Positions 28,782 through 42,026 of a stretch of DNA of 64,000 nt are shown piece by piece; within the stretch, counting starts at the first letter, position 1, and each line of letters opens with the position of its first letter. The stretch spans positions 30,011,693-30,075,692 of the forward strand of contig CM119264.1 of NCBI GenBank assembly GCA_051294375.1, in the 5' to 3' direction. The notes under the pieces are model-generated. The model was not told the origin of the DNA. It did no database searches and worked only from the letters and a program-made list of their open reading frames with translations. This DNA is from Paraspadella gotoi. Lineage: Eukaryota > Animalia > Chaetognatha. Position numbers and translations under genes: made by a program.

Positions 28782-30435
28782 TCAGTTGGTCGTGATCCCC
28801 CATCTCATTCTGCATCCTCCACCTCTCCTATCCGTATCGTCCCTGTAATATGTCGTCCACTCCATGGTCTTTGCGCAGATATTCCTGCCGACACCTCCAC
28901 CGCATTGAACCCCCGTCACCATCGGATACCACTGTAGCAGAAATTGAGATTCCTGACCCAGATCGGCGTCGAGTCGCCGCTTGAAGACCCCAACTCATTC
29001 GACACCCTCCACCGCGCCTTTCCGTATCGTCTCTATAGTATGCCGTCCACTGTCCCACCGTAGCGCACAAGTTCCTAGCCGCTCCGCCGCCGCATTGACC
29101 GCCGTCTCCGTCCGGAACCAGCGGAAACACACTTTGGTTCTGCGACCAAGAGGGGGCGTTTCTGCGGGGCCTTCAATCCCCAACTCATTCGACATCCACC
29201 TCCTCGTCGATCCGTGTCGTCCCGATAATAAGTCGTGAACTCGTCGGTCTGGCGCAAAGTTCTCGACCGACGCCGCCGCCACATTGGCCGCATCGCCATC
29301 TGGGTACCAGCGATAGCAAAGTTGAACATCGGAAAAACAAGACGGAATGGAGAGTTGAGTCTCGATCTATCGCAGATGGTGTTGACGGCTGGAATATCGG
29401 GCGACGCAATACCAACAGCCTCTTGGTTTCTGCAACATGGAATTAAGTTCAGACGTGGGTGTAGGTCTCATCTTTCCGTAGACGATGTCCCTCGCCGCTC
29501 GTAGTCTCGCCTTGTCCGTATGCACCTGGACGGCCCGTTCCATGGCGCCGCGTTTCCGGCGTCGGCGATCAACGATGCTAACGGATTTAGGTTCCGCCCG
29601 AAGATCCAAGGTCTTTCGGCGACGGTCGGTTGCCACTTCTTGAGGCATCCTCGCTGAGCACATTGCGTCGCCGCCGTGATAACGAATCGTCGTCGTCGTC
29701 GCCGCCGTGAATCGCTCGTCACTTTGGTCGTCGCGCCGGTGTAGCCACCATTGGCTTGAGGATGTTCAAGTATGATCCCTTGGCTGAGCCTGGACGTGGC
29801 GCTCCGATTTGCCCAAAAAGTAACTCTTCTGGGTCTCGAACATGATGTGGATGCTTCCGCCATTTTTGCTCCTAAAAACATGTGAGTGCCGAAGTGTTGA
29901 AGAACTGTTCGAACTTCTCGGTCGTCATCGAATTTCGAAGGCAGTTGACGATCTATAAACATCTTGGCGTAACGGCTGATTGTTTTGAGCGCCCAAGAGG
30001 GAGCCAAGTCTGCGCGGGATGAGGAGACGAAAGAACGAACATCTTCTACGTAGCGAGAAAGTTGGTGAGGGAGTAGGACATCTTTTTGTTACGAGCCTGA
30101 ATGGATTAGATGTGAGTAGTTATCATCCTCGAGCTTATAATATGTTGGTTGTACCAATTTCATATATATATATATGTGTTTATATATATTATATATAATA
30201 TTATATATTAATAGATCAAAGAAAGGAATTGCAGGACGAGTGATAGAGTCGGGCTCGTAACATTAAACCAAAGAAAACATCAGGGATGGAAAAAAAATTC
30301 AATAATTATGAGCAAAGAGTTTTATGTCATTGTAGTTAAAGAAATGTCATAAATGGCATAAGTTTAAAAAAACCAAAAACCAAAAGGTCCAGGCCTTACC
30401 GGAAGCGGAGAAATCCCTCCGAATAGATCGACCCC
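28782..30435 (-). pseudogene. Frameshift-laden partial copy of the MACPF gene at 42027-44188 (probably an assembly duplicate)
   Basis: Nearly identical to 42027-43708 but with many 1-3 nt deletions. Ends at the N gap starting at 30436. Confidence 0.7.
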
Positions 30436-30460
30436 NNNNNNNNNNNNNNNNNNNNNNNNN

Positions 30461-31578
30461 GTAAGTGAACATAACAAGAAATTTCTTTCAGAATCAAGTG
30501 TTAAAAACGGAAAAGGACAAAGAAGAACAAAGACACGAGGAGGAAATGGGGGAGACGGGAGAGAAGCACGCCAAGGAATTGCAAGATCTCGAGAGCAATA
30601 ATAATCAGAAGTTGATGTTGGAATACGAAAAATATCAGGAGCTGCAGGTGAGTTCGGAGTGGGCCGGGTGAGGGAGAGATGGGAAAAGCGACGAGGGTGA
30701 AAAAAGCAATTAAGATTAAAATGCGGTTTTTTAACGGTGGATGGACTAAATGATAGGCCGTTATATGAGGGGGGAATCGAGGGGGGGGGAACGATTGATA
30801 ATGAGGGGGAAACGTAGGGGGGACCGATTATAAGTGAGGGGAAATGAGAGGGGGGGGGACGATTATATGAGGGGGAATCGAGGGGTGGGGACGATTATAT
30901 GAGGTGGAAACAGGGGGGGGGGAGTTGGCTGACGTGGATTTTCACTCGACTCAAGTTTCAATTCACTCTCGGTCTCAAAAAGTATTTTTTTTTTTGCGGG
31001 CTTAATCTGTTGCTTACTTTTGTTATTAGTATTGTTGTTGTTGTTACATCCGTTTGTTGCTATTGTTAAATGAATATATTTATCTTATAATTTTAGGCGA
31101 AAAGTTCAAAAATGCAAGAAGACTACGAAAGACAACTGGCCGAGATGGAGGAGAGCAAAGAGCAATCGCTCGAACAGTTGACCGAATATTACGAGACCAA
31201 AATACAGGTCTGTTAAAGATAATCTTTTTTCACAACTGACAAAGTTTATCGCAAGGGAATCATAACTAAGATTGTCCCAAAGACTTTTTTCTCCTAGTTA
31301 ATGACAAAGGAATTCATAACACTGGAATTATCACCAAGTTTATGACAAAGAAATTTTATCACCAAAGGACTTGAATCACTGGAAATCTTAACGGTTAACC
31401 AATTTCAGGAGCTGAACGGAAAGTTGGAGCAGATGAACGATGACGGAACACAACAGAACAAAGAATACGAAGAGACGAAGAAACAGATCGAGGAAGACGC
31501 GGACCGAGAAATCCTCGACATTAAGAACAAATACGAAAGAAGGTTAAAGGCGTCCGCTCAATCAATCAATCAATCAAT
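30461..31578 (+). other. Third copy of three CFAP57 coiled-coil exons, between two N gaps
   Basis: The exons NQVLKTEKDKEEQRHEEEM..YEKYQELQ and EQMNDDGTQQNKEYEETKKQIEEDADREILDIKNKYERR are intact here but frameshifted at 24.9-25.9 kb and 38.1-39.1 kb. Confidence 0.85.
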
Positions 31579-32237
31579 NNNNNNNNNNNNNNNNNNNNNN
31601 NNNNNNNNNNNNNNNNNNNNNNNNNNNNNNNNNNNNNNNNNNNNNNNNNNNNNNNNNNNNNNNNNNNNNNNNNNNNNNNNNNNNNNNNNNNNNNNNNNNN
31701 NNNNNNNNNNNNNNNNNNNNNNNNNNNNNNNNNNNNNNNNNNNNNNNNNNNNNNNNNNNNNNNNNNNNNNNNNNNNNNNNNNNNNNNNNNNNNNNNNNNN
31801 NNNNNNNNNNNNNNNNNNNNNNNNNNNNNNNNNNNNNNNNNNNNNNNNNNNNNNNNNNNNNNNNNNNNNNNNNNNNNNNNNNNNNNNNNNNNNNNNNNNN
31901 NNNNNNNNNNNNNNNNNNNNNNNNNNNNNNNNNNNNNNNNNNNNNNNNNNNNNNNNNNNNNNNNNNNNNNNNNNNNNNNNNNNNNNNNNNNNNNNNNNNN
32001 NNNNNNNNNNNNNNNNNNNNNNNNNNNNNNNNNNNNNNNNNNNNNNNNNNNNNNNNNNNNNNNNNNNNNNNNNNNNNNNNNNNNNNNNNNNNNNNNNNNN
32101 NNNNNNNNNNNNNNNNNNNNNNNNNNNNNNNNNNNNNNNNNNNNNNNNNNNNNNNNNNNNNNNNNNNNNNNNNNNNNNNNNNNNNNNNNNNNNNNNNNNN
32201 NNNNNNNNNNNNNNNNNNNNNNNNNNNNNNNNNNNNN
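31579..32237. other. Assembly gap (N run)
   Basis: Run of n. Short gaps also at 30436-30460 and 40253-40277. Confidence 0.99.
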
Positions 32238-32423
32238 ATTAATGAATTTAATCTGATTTGAAATTACTAGTTTTTATTCAACCTTCGTTCCTCTTCCTCC
32301 TCATCTTCTTTCCCAACTTCCCCCCCCAAAGAGAGAGATACACAAAGCAAGGTTTTTAAATTGAGCAAAGTAGAGTCAAAAAAAGCAAATAGTTAACCAG
32401 CAAATTGTTTTTAATGTCGGCAG

Positions 32424-35400
32424 AATTCACAATTCGCGGTTGTCGTGAATGCCGCTTTTTGTCCAACGGCGGTCATCTTTTTGCCGCCGTCCACGGAAAA
32501 CGTTATTCAGTAAAAAAAAATATACTTAATCGGTTTTCCAATACGGAATATCTAATAATAAGAATTCCTAAATTACTGCATTTTCTATACACGAAAATAT
32601 CTCTAACCAGAAGAACAAAGAAATATCCGGATAACATCGAGGGGACGACATATTCAAACCGATTAATCTAATTTGGTCTTTTGCAGATCTACTCTACGAC
32701 GACCTCGACAATGTCATGAACTTGAAAGGTCACAACGGAAAAGTCCGGTCGGTCGTGTGGACGGCCGACGATTCCAAGATCGTCTCCTGCGGAATGGACG
32801 GAGCGGTGAGTCGCGTGATTCAAGTGATTTGGTGGCCAGTGATTTTTCACAACAACTCCATTTTCCATCGCGAGTGAGATTGTAAAATCTCTCGTGGACT
32901 CCGATCCTCAAAAGGGAAGGTCGAGGCTTTCGCGGCCTCCTCGTCATCTGCGCCGCCGCCGACGACGACGAAGGTCGTTTTCCCGCCAAATCTCGCCACG
33001 ATCCTCTCGAGACACGCCTCCTTGCTACTCTGCCGCGCTGTAGACGTTCTCCACTTCGAAGACGCCGCCGAGTCCGTTGGCCAACCCGCGCCGCCGTCGG
33101 CACGAGCTTCTCCGACGTCAGCGCCACGTTGACGGTCGATTTCCGATCCGCGGCTCGTTTGAGACACGGCCACGCCCATCGAGTCGTCCACCGTCGGCGT
33201 GGCGGCGTCGGATTCTGCGCGGAGGCGGCGCCATCGGCAAGCGATTCGATGGAGGTGTCGTTGTTCAGCCGACGAAAGGCTTCTTTAACGAATCGGAACC
33301 GATAAGCGAGCACTCCTGCACATTCGGCGCCGCCTGGACGCAACGTGCCGAATCCATCCTCCACGAAGATGCTGGGCGTGAGTTCGGCGCCGTCGTCGTC
33401 GGCAGAGGCGTCATCCACCGTGGACCTGATCCACGGATTCGAGGTCGTCAGAAGAAAATGACGACGCGCCACTTCAGTCGCCGTCCACGTCGCGCGCCGC
33501 GCCAGCTCGCGCGCATAAATCGGCGTCGACTCGGGCGAGTGAACCGTCGACGAGCGAGTGAGTCCGAGGACGCGTCGTCTAAGTTCAGATGAAGACGCGT
33601 TCCACGTCGTCGCTTTGGAAGATGAAAGGGGGGAGAGAGGTGGGGAGAGGGCGGTGGTGGAGGATGGGGAGGGGGTGGCTGGGAAGAGCAGTCGGGTGAA
33701 GGACGAGACTTTTTGATTTTGACGAAGAGTTTGTCTCGTTTTGGAGATTTTCGTTTCGCGCCTCTCGACGCGATGATCTTTCTTTTCTACTTTGGGTTTT
33801 TCCTCCGCGACGGCCGGATGGAATCGTCGGACATGCTGGACGACGCCGTGGACAGTGGAGACGCGTTCGTTGAATAGTTTCGCAGGTGGCGAGATTCAAT
33901 GATAGAAATTCTCGATGCCATCGTAAACTTTGGCGCCGATTCCGTTCCTTCGATCGTCGTCAGCTCCTTTGGCGCCGTGTAAAAACTTCCGTTTGACCGG
34001 CGTCATCTCGAAAGACGCCGCGGCTCCATTCAGAACGTCGCCCCGGCGCTCGAAGATGGAGCCGCTCGCGTTTGTGTTTAGCGTCGATTCCGCGCGAAGT
34101 AAGCGACTTCCGGTGACGCTCGACCTGCGCTGGATGATGATGATGATCGCGCCGGGAATAATTGAAGAGAATTCGTTGAAGGAGTTTCCGCGTCGGGGAA
34201 GAAAGAGAGATGATACAGACTCGAAGGCGTCGGTGGACGCGAGAGAGAGTCATGGCGGAAGTGGCGCAGGGAATTAGTAAAGAGGTGGAGGAGAGAGAGG
34301 GAGAGAGAGAGGAATCTCGAGGGATAGAGATGGCGAGTTGGAGAAGGTGAAGGAGTGGAGGACGAAAGAGAGAAGCGGCTGGAAGGTGGGGAAAAGAAAA
34401 CAGAGGGAGGGTTGTTTCTGGAAACGTTCCAATGTTGCAGATGGAACCGGCGATGACCTCCAAACTCGTCTTCAAGTCCAAGTTGATGCGCTCGTCAGCG
34501 AGGGATTCAGTTCCTCCAGGAATCTCTCGCCTCCGTGGAAGATCCGGGATGTCGTCGAAAGCAGCTCGCCGCGGCGTCGGAGAAGTTCGAAGGGCGGAAT
34601 GAGAATCGAAGTCGCGGCCATCGTTAAAGTAGGGGAACGGAGAGGTGGAATTTGAGACGGAGAAAGAGAGAGAAATATAGAGACAGAGAGGTTTTCTTCT
34701 TTTTTGTTGTTGATGTTTACGGAGAATCGCAAATGTTTGAACTGGAGAAGTCGTGAGGAGATCGACTTTCTTATGGGAGAGAAAATAACGATGGCGGTAA
34801 GAGGAGGAGAGGAGGAAGAAGAGTCCGGGTGAGTCGGTTTCACGGATCTGAAATCGGCAAAGGATTTTCGACTCTTTTCGCCGAAAGCGGCATTTCCCTC
34901 GGGTGAGGCATCGTCATCATCCTCCTCGGAAACTTACCCCCGCCTCGTATTTCCCACCATCCTCCACCCGTCTCGGACAAGTGGTTCTCCCACTTTCCTT
35001 CGCTCCGCGTGGGCTCATGGGAATCGACGCGCGAGGGGGGCCGATGTGAAAAAAGGGGGATGGGTCAGGGGGGATTGAGGGTGAGTTTGAAATAGGAGCG
35101 GGTTGGTAAGGAAATGAGATGGGCCGAGGGACGCGCGATGGATTCGGAGATTAAAAGAAAGAAAGATCGAACGAAAATCGGAAATCTTCGATCGTTGATC
35201 CTCGTTTGAGTTCGGGACGAATTCGCCGAAAAGGAAAAGATCAAAATCGACAGTTTGCCGCCAGAGAGACTGAGTAAAGATAAGGCTTCCTGTTTTTATG
35301 GGTCAGTAAACATAACGTAAATTAATAAATTAACAAATGGGTCTTATGAGCGGCGATCGTCTGATTGATTTAATTGATTTTTGTAGCTTTGTCGCGTTGT

Positions 35401-35675
35401 GAGATATCTGGAAAATATATTTTATAAATTGAGTCGTCAAAATCTATTTTATTATATTTGTCATGTTGTAATATATATCATATCTCGATTCCGATTTCGT
35501 TAATTGGTCTTCGGAAATTCTCCTCCGGATCACATTTCGAATCCATGAGAAAAAAGATCGAGTTTTGTTTTTTCTTTTCTCTTTCTGGTTTTTTTTCGCC
35601 ATGGACGAAGTTCCACGCTGTGCCTTACCCATGGTGCAATGGAAAAGAGAAAGGAGGAGGAGAGTAAGGAGGTCG

Positions 35676-35757
<82 letters not shown>

Positions 35758-36030
35758 CACTCAAAACTCCCAAGGCGTCGAGCGACGAGAAAAAACTGGA
35801 GAGGGTGTGGGAAAAAAAGTTTCGCCTCGATCGGCCCGCCAACTGAATGTTTACGTAATTTAATTTAATTTAATATATAATTTAGTTTATTATTATCACG
35901 CGATGAGATGCCACTATTTTGGTGGTAAATTTTCATTAAATCTAAACTATGTATGTCGTCGAATTTGACGCTGCATCATCGTGACGATCGAATTTCCCTT
36001 GAAAAATAGAATCTTGTGGGTATCGATGTC

Positions 36031-36117
<87 letters not shown>

Positions 36118-37987
36118 GGGGCGGTAGGGGGAAGTAGGAGTCAGTGGCCGAAAAAGAATCTTTGGATGAGTTGACAGAAAATGATATTGAGATGCGAAAA
36201 AAGGAAACACAAAAGTCTTCAGTGAAGGAGTTTTCTGCCGCCGCCGTGAAACTCATACGCCCTCTCGTTTTTGTCGGTGGTCGCTTTGGTATCATTACGG
36301 TTATTTGGCGCGGGGAGACGTTTTTCGGACGAGTTCTATACGAGGAGCTTTTTTGGGAAGCTTTTGAATTGATTTAGAAATCATTTTTCGAAAATCTTTA
36401 TAGCTTACTATTTTTATGAAAAGAGACCTGGTTGAATCGCCAAAAAAATAAAATAGAAAAAACTGAAGACCCCGTCTCTTCAGGTCTACGAATGGACGTA
36501 GCGTCGGCAAACGCGTGGGCGAGTCCGTCCTCAAATCTTGTTCTTAGCACCTGTGTGTCGGTCACCGCCGGACGGAAGACGACTTTGCTGTGGGATCTGA
36601 CCACACTCTCAAGGAGATCGCCGACTCGCAGATCTTGAGGTGGGGAGTCATTTTTTTCTGTTTTGTTTTGTTTTGTTTTATATTGTTGTTTTGTATTCTT
36701 TTTGTGATCGTTTTCCTATTTTAAAATGTTTTCTATTTTTGATTTTTTTTTTCTCCAGGTTTGCTGTTATCACATATGTTAATTAATAATAATAATAATA
36801 ATAATTATGTATTTATTACTTATTCACTGCTGTTAACTATTGATATATTTTTCTTTGGGTTTGTATATTGCCCTTTTTTTCGCCATCCCCCCCTAGAGAC
36901 GTCGAGTGCGGCGAAGTGACTCTGACTCAGGTGCGCTGAGTCATTCGGGTCGAATGCTCTTCGTCGGAACTTCAAACGGGACTCTCCGTCCATGAAGTTC
37001 TCTCAACGTCCGGCGAATGGCAAGAGCATCAGGTTGGACGGGATAAGACCATTGAGATGGAGACTCACAATTAAAATGCCAATTAAAACATCAATTGAAA
37101 TGACAATCAATAAAAATGTTCAATTCAAAACTACAAATCCAAATGACAAAATTAAAATACCAATTTAAAATAAAAAGAAATTTAAAATTCTAAGTTATTA
37201 AATCAAATTGACGAATTTACGTAAAGTAAAAATAAATTAGAATTAATGTAAAAACTAAAATGACAGTTAAAAGTTATAAATGTACAATTGAAATAAAAAC
37301 TCTTACAGGCCATTGCGCGCCGATCACTAGATGCAGATCACGAGCGACGACCAGTTCCCTGGTGACGGCGGTCGGACGACGCCTCCATCGTCTGTTGAAG
37401 ATCACGGACAAAGAAGGACGCGGATAAGAGAGATAAAGAAGTTGGATGGGCGGAGGAGATCTTGATCACCAAGAGCGGATTTGGAGGAGAAGTGAGGGAG
37501 AAGGTGATGGTCTAGCAGAGTAACTTGTGCGACATCGTATTCTCAATCTCATTGCATATTGTAGCAGTTAGACTATCTCTCATAATCTTTTATTTGTTTT
37601 TCTTAAAAATCTGGTTTTGTTTTGTTTTTTTGGAATACTTTTTTAATCGAGGTAATAATGATTTATTTAATACGAATATATTTACAATCGTTGTGGTATT
37701 GATTTATTAAATTTAAATTTAAATTTAAAAGAACGCTCTGATGGCGGAACGCGGACTCGGGTGGAGGAGTTTAAGATGGAAAAACGAATATCAACTTCGA
37801 CTCAAAGACATGAATTATAACGAAAGATTAAAGAACTGACGGAGAAATTCATTCAGAGATGGAGAGTCTTAAGACTAAGGTGAGATGGTGACAGAGGGAG
37901 CTCTGATGTTTGTAATTATAATGGAGATGTACAAAATATTTATTGCATAATAATGTATATCAGTTGTCACAGTAGACACACTGAATG

Positions 37988-38072
<85 letters not shown>

Positions 38073-41000
38073 CAGTCACCGCTTCCGTGGCTATATCACG
38101 ATGAACGTATTTAGCAGATGATTACTTGTAAGTGAATCAATTATTTTTTTAAATTCATAACAAGAAATTTCTTTCAGAATCAAGTGTTAAAAACGGAAAA
38201 GGACAAAGAAGAACAAAGACACGAGGAGGAAATGGGGGAGACGGGAGAGAAGCACGCCAAGGAATTGCAAGACCTCGAGAGCAATAATAATCAGAAGTTG
38301 ATGTTGGATACGAAAATATCAGGGAGCTGAGGTGAGTTCATGGCGGGTGAGGGAGAAAGATGGGAAAGTGAGGAGGGTGAAAAAAAGCAATTAAGATTAA
38401 ATGCGGTTTTACGATGGATGGAACTAATGAAGCGATTATATGAGGTGGAAACAAGGGGGGGGGGAAGTTGGCTGACGTGGATTTTCACTCGACTCAGTTC
38501 AATTCACTCTCGGTCTCAAAAGTATTTTTTTTTTTGCGGCTTAATCTGTTGCTTCTTTTGTTATTAGTATTGTTGTTGTTGTTCATCTGTTGTTGCTATT
38601 GTTAAATGAATATATTTGATCTTATAATTTTAGGCGAAAAGTTCAAAATGCAAGAAGACTACGAAAGACAACTGGCCGAGATGGAGGAGAGCAAAGAGCA
38701 ATCGCTCGAACACAATTGACCGAATATTACGAGACCAAAAATACAGGTCTGTTAAGATAATCTTTTTTCACAACTGACAAAGTTTATCACAGCTGACAAA
38801 GTTTATCGCAAAAGGAATCATAACTAAGATTGTCCAAAGACTTTTATCTCCTAGTTTATGAAAAAGGAATTCATAACACTGGAATTATCACCAAGTTTAT
38901 GACAAATAAATTTTATCACCAAAGGACTTGAATCACTGGAAATCTTAACGGTTAACCAATTTCAGGAGCTGAACGGAAAGTTGGAGCAGATGAACGATGA
39001 CGGAACACACAGAACAAAGAATACGAAGAGACGAAGAAACAGATACGAGGAAGACGCGGACGAGAAATCGCTCATTTAGAAAAATACGAAAGAGTTAGGC
39101 GTCGCTCAATAATCAAGTCAATCAATCAATCAATCCATTCTTTCACATTCTTTGACATTGATTAAAACATGCTTGCTATGTAAACGAGGACGTTTTTCCC
39201 TCCATGGCCTGTGCCAAACAGTCAGTTAAGCAAGTGAGCTATCAAGGTCAATGCATATGCAAATAACCTGGTGGAGGTTAAAGAATCTAATTTTTAGTGG
39301 TTAAATTTGTTTATTCATTCATAGAATCCGAATAGAGTTCTCCAAATTAATCTTATTTATTTGACTTACAAATACGTAATTAAATTAATAAAGTAATATC
39401 TATTCAAGACTTCGCGACGAACGCGACGCCAACGCTCGACTTCGTGCGAAACCGGATCATGAGAAAGAAATTCACGTCTCGGCAAAACGAGATCGACGCC
39501 ACAAGGAGGACATCAAGAATTGCAATGGAAAACACGAAACTCCACAACGTCATCAAGAACTTGAAAGGCATCGGGGGATTGAGAAGGAGAGATTCGAGAG
39601 AGAGCGAGAGATTCAGGTACGAGTTATTCAAAGAGAAGGAGATTCAAAGAGAAGGAGATCTAGAGAGAGACGAGACGATTCAGGTTACGAGGGTTAATTC
39701 AAAAAGAGACTTCTTTGCTGGTTAGTAGATATTTCGGGTGACAAAGAAGTTTATAGCAATCATTGGAATGCGTTATTTATTTAGTTTAATAATTTTTATT
39801 TATTAACCGAATTATTAATTTTAACTATTAATCGATTCACAAACAACCATTTTATTAGCATTTTCGAAACCTTAGGTAAGACTTGACAATATGCAAATGA
39901 GATTAATGAAATTTAATCTGATTGAAATGATGCACAAATTACTAGTTTTATCAACTTCGTTCTTTTCCTTTCTCATCTTCTCCCAACTCCCCCGCATAAA
40001 TCCAGGACAAGAGAAAGCCGAATCTACGCTTGAAGAAGAAAACCAAGACATTGGCAACAAGTTAAATTGTCCTCGACTATAAATCCAAGAAGTTGAAGAA
40101 GCAGATCGAACGAGAGAGAACGAGATCAAACCAGATAAGGAGCAAATCCAAGAGATGGAGTCGGAACTGGAGCTTTCACAAGCAAAATACGCAACTGGAG
40201 TCTGAACATGAACCGAGCTGAGCAGAAGCTCAAGGCTCGGACAAGGAGATGCNNNNNNNNNNNNNNNNNNNNNNNNNATCTCGAGCGGCAAAAGGTTTTC
40301 TGGGAGAAGTTTATTTGAACTATAAAAATAAAGATTAGTTTTAGGAAGTTTTGAGAAACAATTTTTTTTTAAAGATTAACGTGATATTGATGATGAAATG
40401 TTGATTTTTAATGGAGTCCTTTTATAGTAGTATAGAGCGTTTAAAAGCCGGCAAATAAAATTATAACTAAAAAGAAACCATTTTAAAAAACTAATTCCGT
40501 AACAGGTGCGCGACAAAGAAGCTCTTCTCCGTCGATTCAAAACCGACCTTCATAACTGCACCGGCTTCATCCAAGAACCAAAGGCGCTCAAAGACGCCGT
40601 CACCGCCCTCTACCGGAAACACGTGGATGAGTCGACGGATCTGGACGCCGTCGCCGTCGACGGAGACATTCAGAAGGAATACAGGTTGGAGAGAAAAAGA
40701 AGAAAGAAAAATTACTTTTTGCCCTGAAAATCTTAGATTCTAGAGACTTTTGGACCTGAATATCTGTGTCTGAAATTCCGATATTCAAAGACTAAGGCCT
40801 GGGACCCCAAAATTTCAAAGTATTAAACCTTAAAATTCATAATTTATTGGCTCAAAAATCTTATATTTAAAATTTTTTTCGCTTAAAAAGCCCTGATTTA
40901 AGACTTTTGTGCCTGAAGATCCCTTATTCGAAATTTTTGGGCCTGAAAAGCCTAAATTAGTAACTTTTATGCCTGAAAATTTAAGATTTCAAAACTTATG

Positions 41001-41750
41001 ATTTGACTTGATTTTATTATGATTCAGTCGGCAACGCGGTCATTTGGAGCGGAGCGTGGCTTCCTTGCGGAAGAAGTTGACCAAAGACACGGAAATCCAT
41101 CGAGCAGACAATGTTCGAATCATGCAGGAAAACGTCATGCTTATCAAGGGTAAGTCGAGAGAGAACGAATTCTATAAACAAAAAACAATGATATTGAGCT
41201 CTGAACAAACTAAATTTAGGCCTTTTATTATTATATAACTCCTCGATGTAGATTCAAAACCTAAAACATTTTGTTATCCCCATTTTCTTGCCTCCCCTAC
41301 TCCCCTCTTAACACCCACCCACCCCTTAAAGAAATCAACGACCTTCGCATGGAACTCAAAGTCTCTCGCACTCAAGTTCACGATCTCGAGGCGGCGTTGG
41401 GTCTGCACCGTCAGGCCGGCGGTCCCGGCGCCATGCCGCGAACGGCGCCGATGGGCGGCGCCAGCGGATTCTCGACTCGCGGCGCCGGCGACATTGTCAG
41501 CGCCGCGACGCAGTTTCAAGAGGAGAGAATCGCGGAGTTCGAACGGATGATCGAAATGCAAAGAGCGGAGATGAGGAGATTGAGAGATAGGTATTTTAAG
41601 GGGAGGGGGTGGCAGGAGTGGGGGTGGCGTCTGACGAGGCTTCAATTTGTCGCTGTCATCCGCGGAGACCGAGAATTCTTAGAGGGGGACATTGAAAGAC
41701 TCTCTGTGAAAGGCGTTGGCCTTTTGTTTGACCAGATGACCAAATTTTGA
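32424..41750 (+). pseudogene. 5'-truncated duplicate of CFAP57 with indel errors; last exons are cleaner than in copy 1
   Basis: Starts at the [10 protein letters not shown] exon. The ORFs VRDKEALLRRFKTDLHNCTGFIQEPKALKDAVTALYRKHV and EINDLRMELKVSRTQVHDLEAALG are intact here. Confidence 0.7.
32847..34920 (-). pseudogene. Second, more frameshifted copy of the nested EYA-like gene
   Basis: Same sequence as 19526-21644. It reads AAC TTA GAC GAC (NLDD) and VVVGGGADDEE. Confidence 0.7.
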
Positions 41751-42026
41751 GGTTTTTTCTTCTCTAACTGTTTTTATCGATTTGATTTTGTTCTCCTAGA
41801 TTTATTTTTCTTTTCTCACTACAAGGTAGCCACTATTATATGAAAATATTTTATAAACTTGTTTCAGTAAATTATTAAAAAGACTTTTTTTTATTTGGGC
41901 AAGAATTATTTAAATGAATCCATAAAATCGTGCATATACCGTTTTCTATAGAGATGATTTTGATTTAAAAAAAGTTTAAAGGCCGTGAAAGGTTGAATAA
42001 AAAAACGAAACATCAGAACAATTGAA

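Noticed and set aside
32424-41750. A genuine second CFAP57 paralog
   Set aside because: It lacks the 5' exons, its introns are near-identical to copy 1, it sits next to gaps, and its differences follow a read-error indel pattern.
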